Below are positions 60,197 to 64,000 of a stretch of DNA of 64,000 nucleotides, in pieces. The DNA comes from Planctomycetota bacterium. Lineage in GTDB: Bacteria > Planctomycetota > UBA8108 > SXIK01. Within the stretch, counting starts at the first letter, position 1. Each line of letters starts with the position of its first letter. The stretch lies in the NCBI GenBank assembly GCA_965223845.1, contig CBDCXR010000004.1, forward strand, positions 7,616,001-7,680,000, in the 5' to 3' direction. The notes beneath the pieces were generated by a model. The model ran no database searches and was not told the origin of the DNA. It saw only the letters and a list, made by a program, of their open reading frames with translations. The translations under genes and the position numbers were made by a program.

Positions 60197-62191
60197 TCAG
60201 GTGGTGAGCCACCGCCACATCGCTTCGATCTCGGTGCGTCCCTGTATGTACGCGAGAACCGCGAAGAACGCGCCGAGTGCGGCGATGAAAAGGCAGGAGA
60301 ACGCGGGGACGACGCGGAGCGCCTTGAGGCCGAAGCGGTCGAGTCCCTCGAGGAATGACGGCGCGAACACCCGCTTCATGAACGACAGCTCCTGGAAGAA
60401 CGCACCGGGCTTCGCGTGCGCGGCGCTGATGGCTTTTCCGGTGATGAGAAGCACGCCGAGACCGACTAGCACGGCGCCTAGACCGAGGCTGAAGACCACG
60501 ATGAGAAAGAGCCCCCAAGCGAGTTGATCGGGTTCTTGAAGCGCGAGGAGCAGGATCGTCGCGGCGCCGGGACACGGGACCAGTCCGCTCGTGATTCCGA
60601 GTACGAGGAGCTGGGGAAGCGTCGGCCGCGGTCCGGCGGAGGCGTGCGTGTGGGAGTGTTCTTGTTCCTGTTCGTTCCCGTTCCCGTGATCGTGATCGTG
60701 ACCGCGTGAATGAGTGTGACCGTGGCCGTGACCATGCGAATGACCGTGAGCATGGTCATGCTCCGGCTCGGATGGCGCGGAATCTTCGTGCGAATGCGAA
60801 TGCCCGTGACCATGGCCATGCTCCGGCTCGGATGGCGCGGAATCCTCGTGCGAATGCGAATGCCCGTGCCCGTGCGAATGCGAATGCCCGTGCCCGTGAT
60901 CGTGACTGTGCCCTGGTGGGACTCCACGGATACGCCGCCAAAAGAGGGTGAGTCCCAAGCCAATCATCATGAGTGCCGCGATGATCTGAACGGAGACGAT
61001 GATCCGATTCTGGACGCTCACTGGCGACGACGACGCCGCGACTCGGATCACGACGAAGACGACGACACCCGTGACGAATACACTTCCCGTGTGAGCGATC
61101 GTCGTCGCCGTCCCCGTGACGAACGCGTCCCGGATGCGCCCGTGCGTTCCGATTAGATACGCCGCGACCATCGTTTTTCCGTGTCCGGGGGTGAGAGCGT
61201 GCGCGGCGCCGTAGAGAAACGCGAGCACCGTCGCGAAGATCAGGAACAGCGTTCCGACTCCCTCCTCCCTGCCGCGACGAAATAGATCGAGAAGAAAATC
61301 ACCCTCGTCTTTTTCGGACGATTCGACCGCGGCTGGTCGCGCCGCCTCCTCCGAGCTTCCCGTCGCCTTCGCGTCTCGGGGAGGCTCGGGCGGCGGTGGG
61401 GTCACCGCCTCCTGATCGCCCTGACGAATCGCCGGATCATTCGGCTCCCCGGCTTGCGCGGCCACCTTCCCGTCGCCTTTCGGATCCGCCGGTAAATCGT
61501 CCCCCTCGACTACCGCCTCTTCCTTCGGCGGCGCGAAAGGATTCCGATTGAAGTCTTCGAGGAGGAGCGAGGCCCGGCAGATTTCGCTCTGGATCACGTA
61601 CGCGGTCGCGTCGAGATACGCGGCCTCGTCGAAGCTCGGCCGGAGCCGCGTCGTCTCGTCGCCCTGCCCTTCGTAGGGAAACCAGAATTGTGGTTTCGTT
61701 TTGACGTCGTCTTTCGTCACCGTGTCCCGCATCTCAAACTCGTACGCGCGTCCGAGCTCGAACTGGCCCCCGGGGGCATCGATCTCGAGGTCGTAGTAGA
61801 GCGTCATCGGCTTCTCGAACACGTCGCCTCCGAGCCCGGCGTGCCGCGACTGGACGCGGCGGAACGGGACGGGCTTGCCGTCGATCTTCGCTTCGATGCG
61901 CGGGGCGATCTTGTTCGTCCACTGCGCTTCGACGTACGCCGCGGCCTCCTCCGGCTCCACCGTGCTCGACTTGTCCTCGTCGATGCGAAGGAGCTCGGCC
62001 TGCGCCCAAATGCCGATGTAGCTGAGGTCCAAGGTCACGACGATCTTGTCGCGCTTGACGATGATCTGGCTGAGTGTGCCGACTCCGGCCTTCGGAACGT
62101 GCGCGTGCGCGGAACTCACGGCGAGTGTGCCGAGAACGGCCGCCGCGAAGGCGAGCCGAAGAGCGCCGAGAGGATTGCAAGATCGCATCAT
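60197..62191 (-). CDS. RcnA/NiCoT-family Ni/Co/Zn transporter fused to an N-terminal exported domain, with a long His-rich loop
   Basis: Signal peptide (AHA-HVP), GAAHALTPGHGKTMVAAYL, a His/Gly/Ser loop, GLVPCPGA and FSLGLG motifs. Confidence 0.9.
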   Translation of the reverse strand: MMRSCNPLGALRLAFAAAVLGTLAVSSAHAHVPKAGVGTLSQIIVKRDKIVVTLDLSYIGIWAQAELLRIDEDKSSTVEPEEAAAYVEAQWTNKIAPRIEAKIDGKPVPFRRVQSRHAGLGGDVFEKPMTLYYDLEIDAPGGQFELGRAYEFEMRDTVTKDDVKTKPQFWFPYEGQGDETTRLRPSFDEAAYLDATAYVIQSEICRASLLLEDFNRNPFAPPKEEAVVEGDDLPADPKGDGKVAAQAGEPNDPAIRQGDQEAVTPPPPEPPRDAKATGSSEEAARPAAVESSEKDEGDFLLDLFRRGREEGVGTLFLIFATVLAFLYGAAHALTPGHGKTMVAAYLIGTHGRIRDAFVTGTATTIAHTGSVFVTGVVVFVVIRVAASSSPVSVQNRIIVSVQIIAALMMIGLGLTLFWRRIRGVPPGHSHDHGHGHSHSHGHGHSHSHEDSAPSEPEHGHGHGHSHSHEDSAPSEPEHDHAHGHSHGHGHGHTHSRGHDHDHGNGNEQEQEHSHTHASAGPRPTLPQLLVLGITSGLVPCPGAATILLLALQEPDQLAWGLFLIVVFSLGLGAVLVGLGVLLITGKAISAAHAKPGAFFQELSFMKRVFAPSFLEGLDRFGLKALRVVPAFSCLFIAALGAFFAVLAYIQGRTEIEAMWRWLTT
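60751..60868. repeat. 60-bp tandem duplication inside the His-rich loop
   Basis: CATG(G)(T/C)CATGCTCCGGCTCGGATGGCGCGGAATC(T/C)TCGTGCGAATGCGAATGCCCGTG at 60751 and 60811, encoding HGHSHSHEDSAPSEPEH twice. Confidence 0.85.
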
Positions 62192-62307
62192 GGGTCGGAT
62201 GGTGCCGCGCGCCGGATGGTCTCGCCCGCGACTCTGTCGAACGGGCGACGGCGACCAGTGTACCCGAGCGCACCGATCAGAAGTGACGAATCGTCCGGGC
62301 CTCCGCG

Positions 62308-63999
62308 TCAAAGCACGCGCCGAAGTGTGACGAACGCCGGAAAGATCTGCTTCTCGCCCGCGGCGTCGAAGTCGATCGTGACGGAGCGTCGCCGCCCGAC
62401 CACGGCCACGCGCAGGATCGTGCCCTCGCCGTAGTCGTCGTGATAGACGCGGTCGCCGACGCGAAACGGCTCCTCGAGCGACTCGGCGGCGAACTCGAGC
62501 TCGTCCCATGGATCAGTCTCCGCCGCGTCGCCTTCGTCCGATCCGGAATCGGCGTACTCGAAGTCGACGTCGTCGCCGGAAATGCTTTCGAGTCTCGCCT
62601 TACGCTCGATCGCGCGCGTCGTTTCGGGGTCGACGGCGAGGAACGCGGTGTCCGCGGTTGCGAGCGCTCCCTCGCGCAGCTCGCCTAGGAACCGCGATGG
62701 CACCGCCGGCCGAGGCTGGCCGAACCGAGTCCGCTTCGCGGCGTGCGTGAGGTAGAGGCGATCTTCGGCGCGCGTGATACCGACGTAGCACAGTCGCCGC
62801 TCCTCTTCGATGTCCGGCGCGACGTCGTCCGAACGGACGAGCGGAAGGATGCCGTCCTCCGCACCGATGATGATCACGTTCGGAAACTCGAGCCCCTTCG
62901 CCGCGTGGAGCGTCATCAACGTGACGGAATCCGTTCCCGCACTCCACCGATCGGTCTCGCCGAGGAGACGCGCCTGCTCGAGAAAGCCGACGAGCGCGGT
63001 GGGCGCCTCGTCTCTCGCGGCTCCGTCTTCGTCCCGCAAACTTTGGAACTCGTCCGCCGCCTTGATGAGCTCGTCGACGTTCTCCCAGCGATCGAGATAG
63101 TCCCCGGGATGCTGCGTCTCGAGGAACTCGCGATAGTCGGTCGCCTTCACCACGCGATCGAAAAGCATGGCGACGGACGCGTCCGCGTCATCGCGCAGCT
63201 CCGCCAGCAAGCCCGCGAGCTGCTCGCAGCCAGCTCGTGCGCGTCCGCGGAGGAAGTCGAGTTCGTCTGGCGATGCGATCAGCTCGCCGAGTGCCAAGCC
63301 GCGCTCCCGAGCTCGCGCTTCGAGCTTCGCGATCGAACCTTTTCCGATCCCGCGCAGGGGGACGTTGATGATGCGCTTCAGACTTTCGTCATCCCGCGGA
63401 TTCGCGAGTGCACTCAAGTACGCGAGGAGATCCTTCACCTCACGCCGGAGATAGAACTCGACTCCGCCGACCATCGAGTACGGCGTTCCGCGGGTGACGA
63501 GCTCCTGCTCGATCGGTCGCGAGAGCGAGTTCACCCGATAGAAGACCGCGATGTCTCCCAATCGCGCGCCGTCTCCGCGGAGGCGATCGATCACGTTGGC
63601 AACGGCGCAGGCCTCTTCCCGTTCGTCGGCGAAGCGGCAGACTTCCACCGGATCACCGGTTTCGCGCTCCGACCAGAGGTGCTTCTCTTTGCGCTCGACG
63701 TTATTCGCGATGATCGCGTTTGCTGCCGCGAGTACGCATCGAGTCGAGCGATAGTTTTGCTCGAGCTTGATCACCCGCGCGTCGGGATAATCCGATTCGA
63801 AGCGAAGGATGTTGCCGATGTCCGCACCGCGCCAGCGGTAGATCGATTGATCGGGATCGCCCGTCACACAGAGATTGCGATGCCGTTCGACCAGCAGTTG
63901 CGCGAGACGGTACTGAAGCGCGTTCGTGTCCTGATACTCATCGATGAGGACTTGCTGAAACCGTTCACGGTATCGCTCGAGAATCTCGCGGTCGGTCTC
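62308..63999 (-). CDS. pcrA: UvrD/PcrA-family ATP-dependent DNA helicase; 5'-truncated by the window edge
   Basis: LIDEYQDTN, GDPDQSIYRWRGA, LEQNYRST, MTLHAAKGLEF, EEERRLCYVGITRA and a C-terminal Tudor-like domain. Confidence 0.95.
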   Translation of the reverse strand, partial: ETDREILERYRERFQQVLIDEYQDTNALQYRLAQLLVERHRNLCVTGDPDQSIYRWRGADIGNILRFESDYPDARVIKLEQNYRSTRCVLAAANAIIANNVERKEKHLWSERETGDPVEVCRFADEREEACAVANVIDRLRGDGARLGDIAVFYRVNSLSRPIEQELVTRGTPYSMVGGVEFYLRREVKDLLAYLSALANPRDDESLKRIINVPLRGIGKGSIAKLEARARERGLALGELIASPDELDFLRGRARAGCEQLAGLLAELRDDADASVAMLFDRVVKATDYREFLETQHPGDYLDRWENVDELIKAADEFQSLRDEDGAARDEAPTALVGFLEQARLLGETDRWSAGTDSVTLMTLHAAKGLEFPNVIIIGAEDGILPLVRSDDVAPDIEEERRLCYVGITRAEDRLYLTHAAKRTRFGQPRPAVPSRFLGELREGALATADTAFLAVDPETTRAIERKARLESISGDDVDFEYADSGSDEGDAAETDPWDELEFAAESLEEPFRVGDRVYHDDYGEGTILRVAVVGRRRSVTIDFDAAGEKQIFPAFVTLRRVL

Positions 64000-64000
64000 G

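Overview
High-GC bacterial chromosomal window, most likely from a Planctomycetota genome. The evidence is FRRGD-type dockerin-like C-termini, planctomycete-type ECF sigma factors with Ser/Thr kinases, a DUF1573 protein and an insert in ValRS after KMSKS. From ~1-33 kb it is mostly core metabolism: thiE, purM, dapF, a sulfur-carrier/MoeZ/CysM operon, a fused 2-oxoacid dehydrogenase E1, an atypical RpoD-like sigma factor behind a 1-kb intergenic region, an amidohydrolase, a divergent transsulfuration enzyme, valS, thrC, an aldehyde dehydrogenase, an HD hydrolase and an FHA-kinase. From ~33-58 kb it is an accessory stretch rich in secreted proteins that ends at tRNA-Thr(CGT). xerC, a His-rich RcnA-type metal transporter and a partial pcrA/uvrD follow. 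The best candidate for an undescribed system is the minus-strand operon at 54597->48893. It encodes a 131-aa precursor (Sec signal, double-glycine-like propeptide, 12-Cys core), an exported membrane-anchored C39 peptidase with no ABC transporter, a DUF1573 lipoprotein, a CxxC thioredoxin-like lipoprotein and an Ig-like repeat protein, with a divergent ECF sigma factor. The second candidate is a cohesin/dockerin-like surface-display system spanning three secreted proteins. All calls come from motif recognition by eye; no searches were run.
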